IMG/VR virus record: IMGVR_UViG_3300030095_003814 | Span: 1 to 59,967 of that record | Reading direction: 5' to 3' (one strand) | Length of the DNA stretch: 59,967 nt | Origin: a virus | Lineage: Duplodnaviria; Caudoviricetes | Part shown: piece after piece, positions 26,174 to 35,665 of the stretch | Position numbering within the stretch: the first letter of the stretch is position 1 | How the letters are laid out: the number at the start of each line of letters is the position of its first letter | Notes under the pieces: generated by a model | Seen by the model: the letters and a program-made list of their open reading frames with translations, nothing else | The model's database searches: none | Told to the model about the DNA's origin: nothing | Made by a program: the position numbers and the translations under genes

Positions 26174-26965
26174 TTATTTGGATGGTCTCCAATGTGTTAT
26201 GTCTGATGGTAGATCAAGCCATTGCCACCTTAGATTTTTTGGGTGTTTTCGATTGAACACCTCGCCATCTAAAAACTTAACATCAACAAGATCATGATGA
26301 TATGGCGGCTCAAGGCTTCTATCAGGGTTCCATTCATGCCAAGTATCTTTATTTAACCTGTCCAGTCCTTCATAATACCATTCAGGCATGGGGGTAAGAA
26401 GGTCTGATGGTAAATTATTTGGCCATTTCGGATATTCCACGGCTTCGCTTTCCTTCCAATGCGTAATATCTGATGGCATGTCTCGCCACTCCCAATAAAC
26501 ATTAGTGGGATTTACGAGATAGTCTGTTGACCCATCTAAACGTTTAATATCAACATGACTACGATCAAGCGGCGGATCAATACCGTTTTCTGGATACCAC
26601 TCTATCCACCCGTCATTGATTAGTTCCATGCTTTTATTGTGCGCTTTTATTTCTTCGCTAGTGAATGGTTTTTCAACTTTATGCTCCTTATTTCTATACC
26701 AATAGCACATCGCACCAGCATGAGAAGCATAACCAGCCATATCAACGTAATGATCCACGTTGTTTTTATCTCCAACAGCGCGTACCAGCTTCAAAACCAC
26801 CATACGCAATGCAATTGATTGCGGATCGTTGCCAAGTTCGAGAACGTCACAAATACGAGATATCTTATCGAAGTTGTTTTCGGGTTCGCCGTATTCGTCA
26901 CGTTTTCCTGTGATGATATCGGTTGCTTGTTTCAGGATATCGTCTGGTGTCATTTCTTGCTCCAA
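26174..26965 (-). CDS. DUF6378-like protein with two C-terminal DUF551-like repeats
   Basis: IL..A..II.G.R..YG.PE.NF...M..LK..R...DHYVDMAGY; two W.EW.P...DITHW units. Confidence 0.7.
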   Translation of the reverse strand: MEQEMTPDDILKQATDIITGKRDEYGEPENNFDKISRICDVLELGNDPQSIALRMVVLKLVRAVGDKNNVDHYVDMAGYASHAGAMCYWYRNKEHKVEKPFTSEEIKAHNKSMELINDGWIEWYPENGIDPPLDRSHVDIKRLDGSTDYLVNPTNVYWEWRDMPSDITHWKESEAVEYPKWPNNLPSDLLTPMPEWYYEGLDRLNKDTWHEWNPDRSLEPPYHHDLVDVKFLDGEVFNRKHPKNLRWQWLDLPSDITHWRPSK

Positions 26966-27198
26966 ATTTCAGTTTTCCATATTTCACGTTTACTTAGCCA
27001 TACGCACAAAATAACCGCTACCCATACCCACGATAGCAGCGAAAGAACAGCCGATAAAATGACGCCGTGAACTAAATTACCAACAGTTAAGTTTCCTTTG
27101 TGCTTTATGTCAGTGCGCACACCATTGCAAACAGACCATAAAAACCCAATCACATATCCAACAGCGTATATCGTTACCCAATCCATCATTTCCTCCAA
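26950..27198 (-). CDS. Small membrane protein
   Basis: Hydrophobic; MDW start resembles its neighbour. Confidence 0.55.
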   Translation of the reverse strand: MEEMMDWVTIYAVGYVIGFLWSVCNGVRTDIKHKGNLTVGNLVHGVILSAVLSLLSWVWVAVILCVWLSKREIWKTEIWSKK

Positions 27199-27437
27199 AA
27201 CACTTCTTTATCAAAAAACCCAGCGTCATGCATTTTTGAAAGCGCAAACATCAACAACGCAAACCAAGATAACGCAAAAACAATTGCCTTGGCGGACAGT
27301 ACACACAGCAAATCACCATACGTTTTGATATTTTGTTTATCGTCAAAGGCGGAGACTACCGCAACTGCTACAAACCCGCCAATGAAGTACACATAAATCC
27401 AGTCCATTTTATTCCTCCGAATTCTCGATTTTATCAA
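27186..27437 (-). CDS. Small membrane protein
   Basis: Hydrophobic; GGAGG SD before MDWIY. Confidence 0.55.
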   Translation of the reverse strand: MIKSRIRRNKMDWIYVYFIGGFVAVAVVSAFDDKQNIKTYGDLLCVLSAKAIVFALSWFALLMFALSKMHDAGFFDKEVFWRK

Positions 27438-27756
27438 TTACTGCTTTCATCTGCGCATAGCTGCGTTTCGATCTAGCTTCACCGCATTCAACTTTACGCA
27501 CGAACTCTTTGCAGCAAGCCAGAAGTTCGTCACGTTCATCAAGCAACTGATTTGGTGTGCGACCACACTCGTTGGCAACTGTTCCCGCTTCCGCCATTAG
27601 TTTAGCGTTAGAAACTGCCTCTGAGAATTCGGTAGGTATTAACGCAACTTGCTTTACGCCACAATAACCACTGTCGGCCCAAACAGCAGTCCATCCGTCG
27701 TGCGTATCTGATGACGCGCAGCACCACACACCGCTAGTTATGTTTAGATTGGTCAT
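27409..27756 (-). CDS. Hypothetical protein
   Basis: GGAGG SD; NAKLMAEA motif. Confidence 0.65.
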   Translation of the reverse strand: MTNLNITSGVWCCASSDTHDGWTAVWADSGYCGVKQVALIPTEFSEAVSNAKLMAEAGTVANECGRTPNQLLDERDELLACCKEFVRKVECGEARSKRSYAQMKAVIDKIENSEE

Positions 27757-27832
27757 TTTATTCCTCCATTTACATTCAATCGAACTTGTGAGATATTGAC
27801 ATACTCTGAAACACAATACAAGAGGCTTCACA

Positions 27833-28453
27833 ATGAAAATTCTATATGTTTTGGGTGTGTGCGCCGCGCTTGTCGGCTGCGCGTATTCGGTGACACCGAC
27901 ACAATACCAAGCTGCCCGTGATGCAGTCGTTATTATCTCAAACGGCAAAGGTCATGGAACGGGCTTTATGGTTTCCGATAGCATCGTTGTTAGTAACCGG
28001 CATGTTCTGGAAAACGACGAACTAACGGCTGAGTTTTACAATGGAGAAAAGTACACAATAAAATATGTACAATCATGTGAAAAGGCGGATTGTGCTTATG
28101 GATTTATTGAGCGATACGAAGGTCCGCACCTTGATATGGCTTGCCGCGAACCCGTATATGGCGAAAGTGTGTATGCGGTAAAAAACCCTAATCGGTTGCG
28201 TTGGGCTATTTCTGATGGCGTAATTTCAAGCTACCGGAAAGATGCAGGTGATAAGGTTGGCATGTACAACGTTTCGTGGACTGTTATGGCCGGTGAAAGT
28301 GGTTCCCCTGTAATCGCGCACGATGGGGTATTGGCTATCTCTACTGCGTTCTATGTGCATATGGCTAACATCATGATGCCGCAAGCTCTGACGTTCGGGC
28401 AGGGCGGCGTAACGAGTATCATGGAAATTTGCGATATGATTTACAAAAAATGA
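27833..28453 (+). CDS. Trypsin-like serine protease, predicted lipoprotein
   Basis: Lipobox LVGC; GTGF, SNRHV (His), AD (Asp), GESGSPV (Ser). Confidence 0.8.
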   Translation: MKILYVLGVCAALVGCAYSVTPTQYQAARDAVVIISNGKGHGTGFMVSDSIVVSNRHVLENDELTAEFYNGEKYTIKYVQSCEKADCAYGFIERYEGPHLDMACREPVYGESVYAVKNPNRLRWAISDGVISSYRKDAGDKVGMYNVSWTVMAGESGSPVIAHDGVLAISTAFYVHMANIMMPQALTFGQGGVTSIMEICDMIYKK

Positions 28454-28477
28454 TTAACGTGCATATCAAGACTGATT

Positions 28478-28510
28478 AGCCGCTGCCTTAACGGGTGGCG
28501 GTTTTTCTTT
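28478..28510 (+). terminator. Intrinsic terminator
   Basis: GCCGCTGCC...GGTGGCGGT plus T-tract. Confidence 0.6.
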
Positions 28511-28568
28511 GCGTTTTTTGTGAATTTGCTTTATATTACAGGAAATTTTTGTAATTAATAGGCGTGGC

Positions 28569-29876
28569 ATGGCCCTATCTGATATTTTCCGTAAAAAGCC
28601 AAAAATGACTGACACATACGGCGATGCTGGGGTTCCTATATACTCTGGGTTCGTAGATAATGATTTCCTGAAAGAGCTTAACGGAACTCGCGGTCGCAAG
28701 ATTTACCGCCAGATGTCAGAAAATAGCCCGATTATTTCCGGGTTTCTGAATGTCTCAAAAACGCTTATCGAGGGTGCTGGCTTTGACTTTCGCTCTGTTG
28801 ATGAAAACACAGACAGCGTTGCGCTAGAAGATCGTGTTAAAGAGGATTACAGCAACCTACGCAGGCCGCTATACCAGTGCATTCTTGATGCTATTGACGA
28901 AGCGTTTGTTTATGGGTTCTCGCTGCAAGAGGCCACCTATGAGCGGGCAGACAACCGCATCAAGCCAAAGTCAATTGATATTCGTTCTGCTACTACTCTA
29001 GAACGATGGATCACGGCGGATGATGGTGTAACGCCTATCGGCATTGTTCAGGACTTGGTTAACGGTGGTCAGGTAGAAATACCAATGACCAAAATGATAC
29101 ACCACACTGCTATGGATTGGCGGGGGTCTCCTGAGGGAAAAAGTCTGTTGCGTGGGTGTTATCCTACTTGGTATCGCTTAAACAAGCACGAAGAACATCG
29201 AGATATCGCACTTGCAAAGGATATTCGTAATGCAACGGTTATTCGCGTTCCGCAAGAACTTATTCGGTGGGCTAATACGCCAATTAATGCAAGCATGGAC
29301 GACGAGACCAAGGCGCGGATTAACGCAGCTATTAATGCTCTTGAAGTGTATAAAAAAGCTGCCCGCGATCCTAATTTTAATTCTCAAACTGGCTTTGTGC
29401 TTCCTAGTGATACGTTTGTCACTAATGCAGGGACGCAAGAGGAAAAAGTAAGCAACGTTCGCAAGTACGAAATTGAACTGTTAAAAGCTGAAAACAGCGA
29501 TCACAAAGACCTGATGGAAACCATCAAGGAAAAGCAGGACGAGCTACGCCAAAACCTTTTGATTGCGTTTATCGCGCTTGGTTCTAATCGCGGCGGATCA
29601 CAAGCACTTGCAAAAGAACTAACAGAGATGCTTGCTTTGTCGCTTGAAGGCCAAATGCGCCGTTATGCTGACAGCTTTAATAACCAAGAATTGCGCCGTT
29701 ATGCCGTGCTTAACAATCTTGATTACGATGCACTGCCAAAGCTAACGCCAAACCGAATTAAAACGCCTGATCTTGAAATGCTTGGCGGGTTTATCCGTGA
29801 TGTATCAGGCAGCGAAATTATGCTTGATGAAGAACTTGGCGAGGATGTGCGCGGACTGATTAAAGGCAGTATCTAA
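28569..29876 (+). CDS. Portal protein (DUF935-like)
   Basis: GRKIYRQMSEN, YGFS.QE..Y, SPEGKSLLRGCY..W, GGSQALA; precedes MuF. Confidence 0.85.
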   Translation: MALSDIFRKKPKMTDTYGDAGVPIYSGFVDNDFLKELNGTRGRKIYRQMSENSPIISGFLNVSKTLIEGAGFDFRSVDENTDSVALEDRVKEDYSNLRRPLYQCILDAIDEAFVYGFSLQEATYERADNRIKPKSIDIRSATTLERWITADDGVTPIGIVQDLVNGGQVEIPMTKMIHHTAMDWRGSPEGKSLLRGCYPTWYRLNKHEEHRDIALAKDIRNATVIRVPQELIRWANTPINASMDDETKARINAAINALEVYKKAARDPNFNSQTGFVLPSDTFVTNAGTQEEKVSNVRKYEIELLKAENSDHKDLMETIKEKQDELRQNLLIAFIALGSNRGGSQALAKELTEMLALSLEGQMRRYADSFNNQELRRYAVLNNLDYDALPKLTPNRIKTPDLEMLGGFIRDVSGSEIMLDEELGEDVRGLIKGSI

Positions 29877-30892
29877 TGCCACTAGGTAGCGCGAAAGAAC
29901 AAGAACGCATTGCCCAAGAACTAATGGACAAATTGGAGCCGGGCATTCGCTCCGCGTTCCTTGATATGATCGACAAGATCGACATCCCATTGTCTGAATT
30001 GGTTGCACTGATTGAGGCCAATGACTTTGTAGCGGTTCAGCAAATAATCAACACGCAATATGGCCTATATGCGCCTATCCTGTCATCTGCGGTTATTGGT
30101 GCTGTGGTTGCATCCGGTCAGTCAACAGCGCAACAGCTTGACGGTACGCCAATTCGCGAAGATTACCAGCGCATAAGCGGCCCTAAAAAGATTGTTGCCG
30201 TGTTTGATCAGTCAAACCCTAACACCGTTGCTGACATGGAAGCATACCGCGCAACGTTTATTTCAGAGATTACAGAAACGCAGCGAGATGCAATCGGTAA
30301 TGCGGTAACGGACGGTTTGCGCCGTGGGTTAAACCCGCGTGATTTTGCCCGTGAGATACGCCAGACCATCGGCCTTTCGTCTGATCTACAAAGGCACTTG
30401 GTAAACTTCCGTCGAAAGTTAGAGGACTTGGATCCGTCTGTATTCTCCAATACGCGAAGGGACAAGCGTTTTGACGCAACACTACGACGCGCAATCGAAG
30501 GTGATAAGCCTTTATCCAAAGACCAAATCAATAAGATGGTGGAACGCTACAGGCAACGGCTTTTGGTTTATCGCTCAGAGCGTATCGCGCGGACAGAAGC
30601 ACTCAGGGCGCATAGTGTCGGCAACATTGCGTCGTGGCGTCAAGTCTTTGAAGCCAACGAGATACCAGAAGCGGTAGTTAGGCGAGACTGGCGCTATACT
30701 CATGATGGTAGAACGCGAGAATGGCACCGAGATATTCCGCGACTAAATCCGAAAGGCGTCGGCATTAACGAGCCATTCCGCACACCATTAGGGCCGTTGC
30801 GTTATCCGGGCGATCCTGCGGGACGTGCTGCAAACGTGGTTAATTGCCGTTGCACGGAAACCATGCGTCTTGATTGGGACTTGGAAGGCTAG
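29876..30892 (+). CDS. Head morphogenesis protein (MuF/gp7)
   Basis: RSERIARTE, DGRTREWH, LRYPGDP...NVVNCRC. Confidence 0.9.
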   Translation: MPLGSAKEQERIAQELMDKLEPGIRSAFLDMIDKIDIPLSELVALIEANDFVAVQQIINTQYGLYAPILSSAVIGAVVASGQSTAQQLDGTPIREDYQRISGPKKIVAVFDQSNPNTVADMEAYRATFISEITETQRDAIGNAVTDGLRRGLNPRDFAREIRQTIGLSSDLQRHLVNFRRKLEDLDPSVFSNTRRDKRFDATLRRAIEGDKPLSKDQINKMVERYRQRLLVYRSERIARTEALRAHSVGNIASWRQVFEANEIPEAVVRRDWRYTHDGRTREWHRDIPRLNPKGVGINEPFRTPLGPLRYPGDPAGRAANVVNCRCTETMRLDWDLEG

Positions 30893-31027
30893 TTTACCTA
30901 ACGGTAAATTATTGTCATAAAACATCATTTTTCAGAAAAGCATTACTCACAGGTAAAGTGCAATTATTAATTGACACCATGCTTGTGTTGGTTTAGCTTG
31001 TGTGTATCTTAAATAGGAGGAATTTTT

Positions 31028-31213
31028 ATGCGTTATGTGAAAACAGAAAATAAAATCGGGTTTAATTGCATTACAGAAAATAAGCCGTACAAAGCAAATT
31101 TTACACATCCAAATCATTTTATTATCAGTAATGACTTGGGAATTCGCAACTATTATTCTTTTTTATATGGCGGGTGGGTTGAGTGTGACAAAGACGGCAA
31201 TGGCATTAAATAA
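31028..31213 (+). CDS. Hypothetical protein, MRYVKT paralogue 1
   Basis: AGGAGG SD; own TTGACA promoter. Confidence 0.7.
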   Translation: MRYVKTENKIGFNCITENKPYKANFTHPNHFIISNDLGIRNYYSFLYGGWVECDKDGNGIK

Positions 31214-31216
31214 AGC

Positions 31217-31253
31217 GAAAGCCCCAAGCGCGGAGGAAACGCTGGGGCTTTCT
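31217..31253 (+). terminator. Hairpin / terminator
   Basis: GAAAGCCCCA...TGGGGCTTTC. Confidence 0.6.
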
Positions 31254-31405
31254 GTTAGCTGCGTATCTGTCAGTGAGGCGGGGACAGATATTTATCGCGC
31301 TTGTTCTTGTTTTGTACTATTTATTTTCCGCCATTGCAACAGAAAAATTGCTTGCAAACGTGATTTTATCGTGTCAATATCAGTTATCACAAAGGAGGAT
31401 TTGTT

Positions 31406-31618
31406 GTGCGTTACGTGAAGACGGATTATGATGGATGCTCGTATATAACCGCTGACAAGGTTTACAAGTTATTTAATGAGGACCATGGATACGGTGAAAT
31501 CTTTAACGATAGTGGGGAAATGTCGCTTATTGTTGTTGGATATGGTTGCGCTCACTTGGACCGCAACGGAAGCTGGATTGAATGCGATGCGGACGGAAAC
31601 GAACTGGAAACCAAATAA
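31406..31618 (+). CDS. Hypothetical protein, MRYVKT paralogue 2
   Basis: GGAGG SD; shares MRYVKT, IT..K.YK and W.ECD.DGN with 31028. Confidence 0.7.
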   Translation: MRYVKTDYDGCSYITADKVYKLFNEDHGYGEIFNDSGEMSLIVVGYGCAHLDRNGSWIECDADGNELETK

Positions 31619-31763
31619 CGGTAAAGTCACAGACGATGTGTTTGTTGAATACCGTTGCGCAGATGGATACGTAGGAAGAAAACACGCATTTCATCTGCGA
31701 TGGGACAAACAAGGCAACGTTGGCGATATCGTGGAATATCGGATATTGGAGGAATATAAATGA
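31587..31763 (+). CDS. Hypothetical protein (W...DIVEYR domain)
   Basis: Similar to the C-terminal domain of 19650. Confidence 0.55.
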   Translation: MRTETNWKPNNGKVTDDVFVEYRCADGYVGRKHAFHLRWDKQGNVGDIVEYRILEEYK

Positions 31764-32012
31764 AATACTTAACCCTAGACAACATGATCATTGCGGTGTT
31801 TGGTTGCATCGTTATGTTTTCTGTAATGCTGGTAACGCCATGAAGGAATGGCTAACTAGTGCGTTTGTGTTGACCGTTGCGTTTTTGATTATGGCTAGTT
31901 ATGCCATTGTATGCGCGGTTATCTTTCTTGCGGCATTCATTAAATCAGTAGCGTGGCAGATCGCCGCCGTGCTGTGTGTCGGTATGCTGCTTTATTTCGG
32001 AGGTTATATGTG

Positions 32013-32216
32013 ATGTCGATTGATATCATCGGAGATACGATTTACTACATGAATAAGCCTGTTGCTGATATTCGCGATGATGTAATGCCATCGTTTCGTG
32101 ATAAGTTTGAGGATGAGCTTGTGGGCGAAGATAATGAAAGGACACGCAAAGCTAAGCAGTCGGCTTACAATGAGCTTGCCAAGGCTGTTGACTGCGCGCT
32201 GAATGATTACGCATGA
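32013..32216 (+). CDS. Hypothetical protein
   Basis: GGAGG SD; TGATG overlap. Confidence 0.6.
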   Translation: MSIDIIGDTIYYMNKPVADIRDDVMPSFRDKFEDELVGEDNERTRKAKQSAYNELAKAVDCALNDYA

Positions 32217-32494
32217 TCCCAGACCTTAACAAAAAATACCGTCATGAAAACTATGACGTTAACGTGTGCAAAGTAATTAACAGTGTGTTAAGTGTGGAAT
32301 TTCCATTTAATACACTAAATTGTGTGTACATTGGTTATGACGAATACAACAAGCCGAAATTTGAGGTTTCCGTAATTGGCGATCATTACGACGATCAGGC
32401 AATAATTGCATTGACAAAGGCCAAGGCTTGTGAGATTTTACCGTTAGTTGGCGTTGTTGGTGCAAAGCCAATTGTTATCATTAAGGAGGGTTAA
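32213..32494 (+). CDS. Hypothetical protein
   Basis: ATGA overlap. Confidence 0.55.
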   Translation: MIPDLNKKYRHENYDVNVCKVINSVLSVEFPFNTLNCVYIGYDEYNKPKFEVSVIGDHYDDQAIIALTKAKACEILPLVGVVGAKPIVIIKEG

Positions 32495-33562
32495 TTGAAA
32501 TTTACCGTTTCCCGTTCCGCTCTTAACCGGGCAATTAAAAACATTGCTGGCGTGGTGGAAAAGAAAAACACCATGCCGATCTTGGCTCACGCTAAACTTG
32601 AAGTTGGCGACAAGCTGAAAATCACAGGATCGTCAATGGATATTGAGGCGACCGCAACAGTTGAATGCGAAGTTGCGCAAGCTGGCGAAATTACCGTTCC
32701 AGTATACACTTTGGCGGATATCGTTAATAAGCTGCCTAATGGCGATGTGAAAGTGTCGCTTGAGGATAGCAAACTAAAGGTATCTAGCGGACGTTCGCGC
32801 TTTACGCTACCCACGTTGCCTGTTGGTGACTTCCCGTCTATGAATATGGAAAGCGACGTATACTTTGATATTCCCGCCGCAACATTTGGTTATATGCTGC
32901 AAAAGTCTGAGTTCTGCGCAAGCGATGACGAAACGCGATATTATCTCAATGGCGTATGTCTGGACTTCAAGGACGATGCAACATATTCGGTTGCAACGGA
33001 CGGGCACAAGATGGCTAAGATTGCCGGTGTAAAAACTGTTGATCATGCGCAAATTATCATTCCATCAAAAACCGTCATGCAAGTTCTTAAGCTGCTTGAT
33101 GGTTGCGAGATTGTAACTGTGTCTCTGTCTGATAACCTGATCGGGTTCAACTTTGGCGATGCTGCTGTATTGTCTCGCTTGATTGATGGTAAGTTCCCGG
33201 ATTATGGGCGTGTTATCCCAGAAGGCAACGATAAGAAAATGTCGGTTAACGTTGCTGATATGCTTGGCGCTATTGAGCGTGTTGGTTCCATTGCTGACAG
33301 CAAGACACGGGCTGTTAAATGCACCATTGCAGACGGAACAATGACGATTGAGGCTAAATCATCTGAGTTTGGCGAAGCGTCCGAGGTTATTGACGTTGAT
33401 GCTGACTTTGACCTGATCATTGGCTTTAACGGTCGTTATATGTCTGACATTCTCAAGTCGCTGGAATGTGAAGCCGTTGATATGTCGTTTAGCACGGAAA
33501 GCGGGCCTATTCGTATTGAAGATGAGGATCAGCTTTATATCGTAATGCCATTGCGCGTGTAG
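32495..33562 (+). CDS. dnaN: DNA polymerase III beta sliding clamp
   Basis: VEKKNTMPILAH, ETRYYLNGV, VATDGHKM, SRLIDGKFPDYGRVIP, IGFNGRY, VMPLRV; AGGAGG SD. Confidence 0.95.
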   Translation: MKFTVSRSALNRAIKNIAGVVEKKNTMPILAHAKLEVGDKLKITGSSMDIEATATVECEVAQAGEITVPVYTLADIVNKLPNGDVKVSLEDSKLKVSSGRSRFTLPTLPVGDFPSMNMESDVYFDIPAATFGYMLQKSEFCASDDETRYYLNGVCLDFKDDATYSVATDGHKMAKIAGVKTVDHAQIIIPSKTVMQVLKLLDGCEIVTVSLSDNLIGFNFGDAAVLSRLIDGKFPDYGRVIPEGNDKKMSVNVADMLGAIERVGSIADSKTRAVKCTIADGTMTIEAKSSEFGEASEVIDVDADFDLIIGFNGRYMSDILKSLECEAVDMSFSTESGPIRIEDEDQLYIVMPLRV

Positions 33563-33749
33563 TCTTGATCTTTAAACAAGGGAAATGTGATGGATAGTAA
33601 TGATATTGAGATACTGGAGAAATCAAGAGAATGGCTTAAAAATGCATCCCGCAACAAAGATATGCATGTGCAGATAACTGATGCATACAGATATTATGCC
33701 TATGAGCTAGGAAAGATAATCGAAAAACTTGAATTTAATTCCTAAGTAT

Positions 33750-33778
33750 TACCCCGCCAATTTGGCGGGGTTTTCTTC
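33750..33778 (+). terminator. Intrinsic terminator
   Basis: ACCCCGCCA/TGGCGGGGT plus T-tract. Confidence 0.75.
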
Positions 33779-33875
33779 TGCGTATATTCCACACAAAAAC
33801 TTTGCACAATAAATTTGACCACATAATCTTGTTGTGATATAACTACATAAATTTTGTGTAAAAGTGTATTGGTTA

Positions 33876-34322
33876 ATGACCGACAAACATAATTCCGAAA
33901 AATTCCAAGGTTCTGGTGATATCGTCAAGCGCGACAATGAAAAGCGCATTATGGGCGGATGGTTTAACGTCTTTAAATATGATGGTGAGGACGTTGTAGA
34001 CCGCCAAGGCGACGTTGTAGACATCGAAAGCTACTCAGATGCATATGTCGAATATGTAAAAGATGCGCGAGTTGGCAAATTTGATCACGACGGGAACCAA
34101 CGCGCTGATCTGATTGATAGCATCCTGATTGATAGCGAAGAATACGCAAAGATGCTTGTGTCAGAAATCACCGGCATGTCACCAGAAGATATCCCCGTTA
34201 AAAAAATTGGTCATTTTGGTTCGTTCCAAGTTCGATCTGATGAAGATTGGGAATTGGCAAAAAATGACAAGCTGATGTTTTCCATCGGCGGAACGGGCAA
34301 GCGGGAAGAAATCAATGACTGA
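33876..34322 (+). CDS. XkdF-like prohead serine protease
   Basis: IVKRDNEKRIMGGW, VVDRQGD, MFSIGG.G.R. Confidence 0.8.
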   Translation: MTDKHNSEKFQGSGDIVKRDNEKRIMGGWFNVFKYDGEDVVDRQGDVVDIESYSDAYVEYVKDARVGKFDHDGNQRADLIDSILIDSEEYAKMLVSEITGMSPEDIPVKKIGHFGSFQVRSDEDWELAKNDKLMFSIGGTGKREEIND

Positions 34323-35259
34323 TAAAAAGAGATACCGTCTAAAAGTTAACAAGCTGTCTGAAATTTCCGCCGTAGAGCGCGGTGCCAACCAGCATTCGCA
34401 CGTTACTTTTATGAAGGCAATGGACTACAACGAAACCGAGCGATCATACGATATTAGGCGAGAAGCAAGTGAGGAAATTTGGGAAGCAACCCAAGTCCTT
34501 CAAGATGTGGTCCGTAATCTTGTAGAAAGCAACGAAGAGAACAAAACGGAAACGCTTATGCGATCCGTTGACCAGTTTGCGGCTGACCTAAAGCAAAAGC
34601 TGTCTGTCGTAAAAAGCGCCGGGTCGCCCGGTAAATCTGAAACTGAAAAGGGAAGTCAAATGACTGACAAGGTAGAAAAGGGCGATCTTGAAGCCAAGGT
34701 TGCCGAACTCGAAAAATCCCTGTCTGATGTCACCAAAGAACGCGACGAAGCAAAAGCCGAAATCGCAAAACGTGACGAACAGGCAGCGATTGAAAAGAGC
34801 GACGATGTTTTCAAATCCGTTGATGGCGATCTGATTAAGAAGTCAGAAGTTGGTGGCGCTTTTGAAACGCTCAAAAAGCAGGATGCGGCTATCCGCAAAA
34901 TGCAGGCAGAAGCAGAAGTCCGCAAGGCAGAAGATTTTGTTAAGTCTGAATACGGTCATCTTGTAGGCGAAAATCTCGCTAAAGCATGGCGCGAAGTTCA
35001 GAAACTTGACGAAGATGTTCGCGAAGTCGTTAAAGGCGTATTTGATCAGGCGGAAAAAGCCGCTGCTGACATGTGCGTGACTAAAGGAATGGGTGGCGAG
35101 AAAAAAGAAGTTTCCGCGAAAGAGGAAATGGACAAGAAAGCCAAAGCCCTGATGGAAAAGTCGCTTGAGGGCGGTAATTCCATGTCCTACGTGGATGCTT
35201 ACGACGCTGTAGCGAAGTCTGATCCAGAACTCTACGCAAAAGCAGTGGAAGGTAAATAA
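34315..35259 (+). CDS. Capsid scaffold protein
   Basis: L.EISAVERGANQ N-terminus; K/E-rich coiled coil; position before capsid genes. Confidence 0.7.
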   Translation: MTDKKRYRLKVNKLSEISAVERGANQHSHVTFMKAMDYNETERSYDIRREASEEIWEATQVLQDVVRNLVESNEENKTETLMRSVDQFAADLKQKLSVVKSAGSPGKSETEKGSQMTDKVEKGDLEAKVAELEKSLSDVTKERDEAKAEIAKRDEQAAIEKSDDVFKSVDGDLIKKSEVGGAFETLKKQDAAIRKMQAEAEVRKAEDFVKSEYGHLVGENLAKAWREVQKLDEDVREVVKGVFDQAEKAAADMCVTKGMGGEKKEVSAKEEMDKKAKALMEKSLEGGNSMSYVDAYDAVAKSDPELYAKAVEGK

Positions 35260-35261
35260 TC

Positions 35262-35645
35262 ATGGCTGTTCTTGAAAGCGTAAAATCCGTAACCCTCACT
35301 GCTGGCGGTGCAATTGGTCAGTATGAGGTTGTCGAAATCCTTTCGGCCAATGCTGGCGAAGTAACTTCGGTTGCTACGGCTGGCAATGATGGCGTTGGCG
35401 TTGCTCTTGAAGCTGCTGCGGCTGATGGTGACAAAATCAACGTTGCTGTTATCACTGGTGGCGGCAAGTGCAAGGCGAAAGCTGGTGCTGCTGTTGCTGC
35501 TGGTGTGAATTTGACCACCGACGCGTCTGGCCGTGTAGTCACTGCGGCAGTTGGTAATGCCGTTATTGGCAAGTCTCTTAGTGCCGCTGGCGCTGCTGGT
35601 GAAATTCTGACGATGCTTTTTGATAAAAAAGCCAACGTTGTTTAA
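35262..35645 (+). CDS. Capsid decoration/cement protein (DUF2190-like)
   Basis: Ala/Gly-rich 127 aa immediately before the major capsid gene. Confidence 0.75.
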   Translation: MAVLESVKSVTLTAGGAIGQYEVVEILSANAGEVTSVATAGNDGVGVALEAAAADGDKINVAVITGGGKCKAKAGAAVAAGVNLTTDASGRVVTAAVGNAVIGKSLSAAGAAGEILTMLFDKKANVV

Positions 35646-35665
35646 GGCATAAGGAGTAATTAAAA

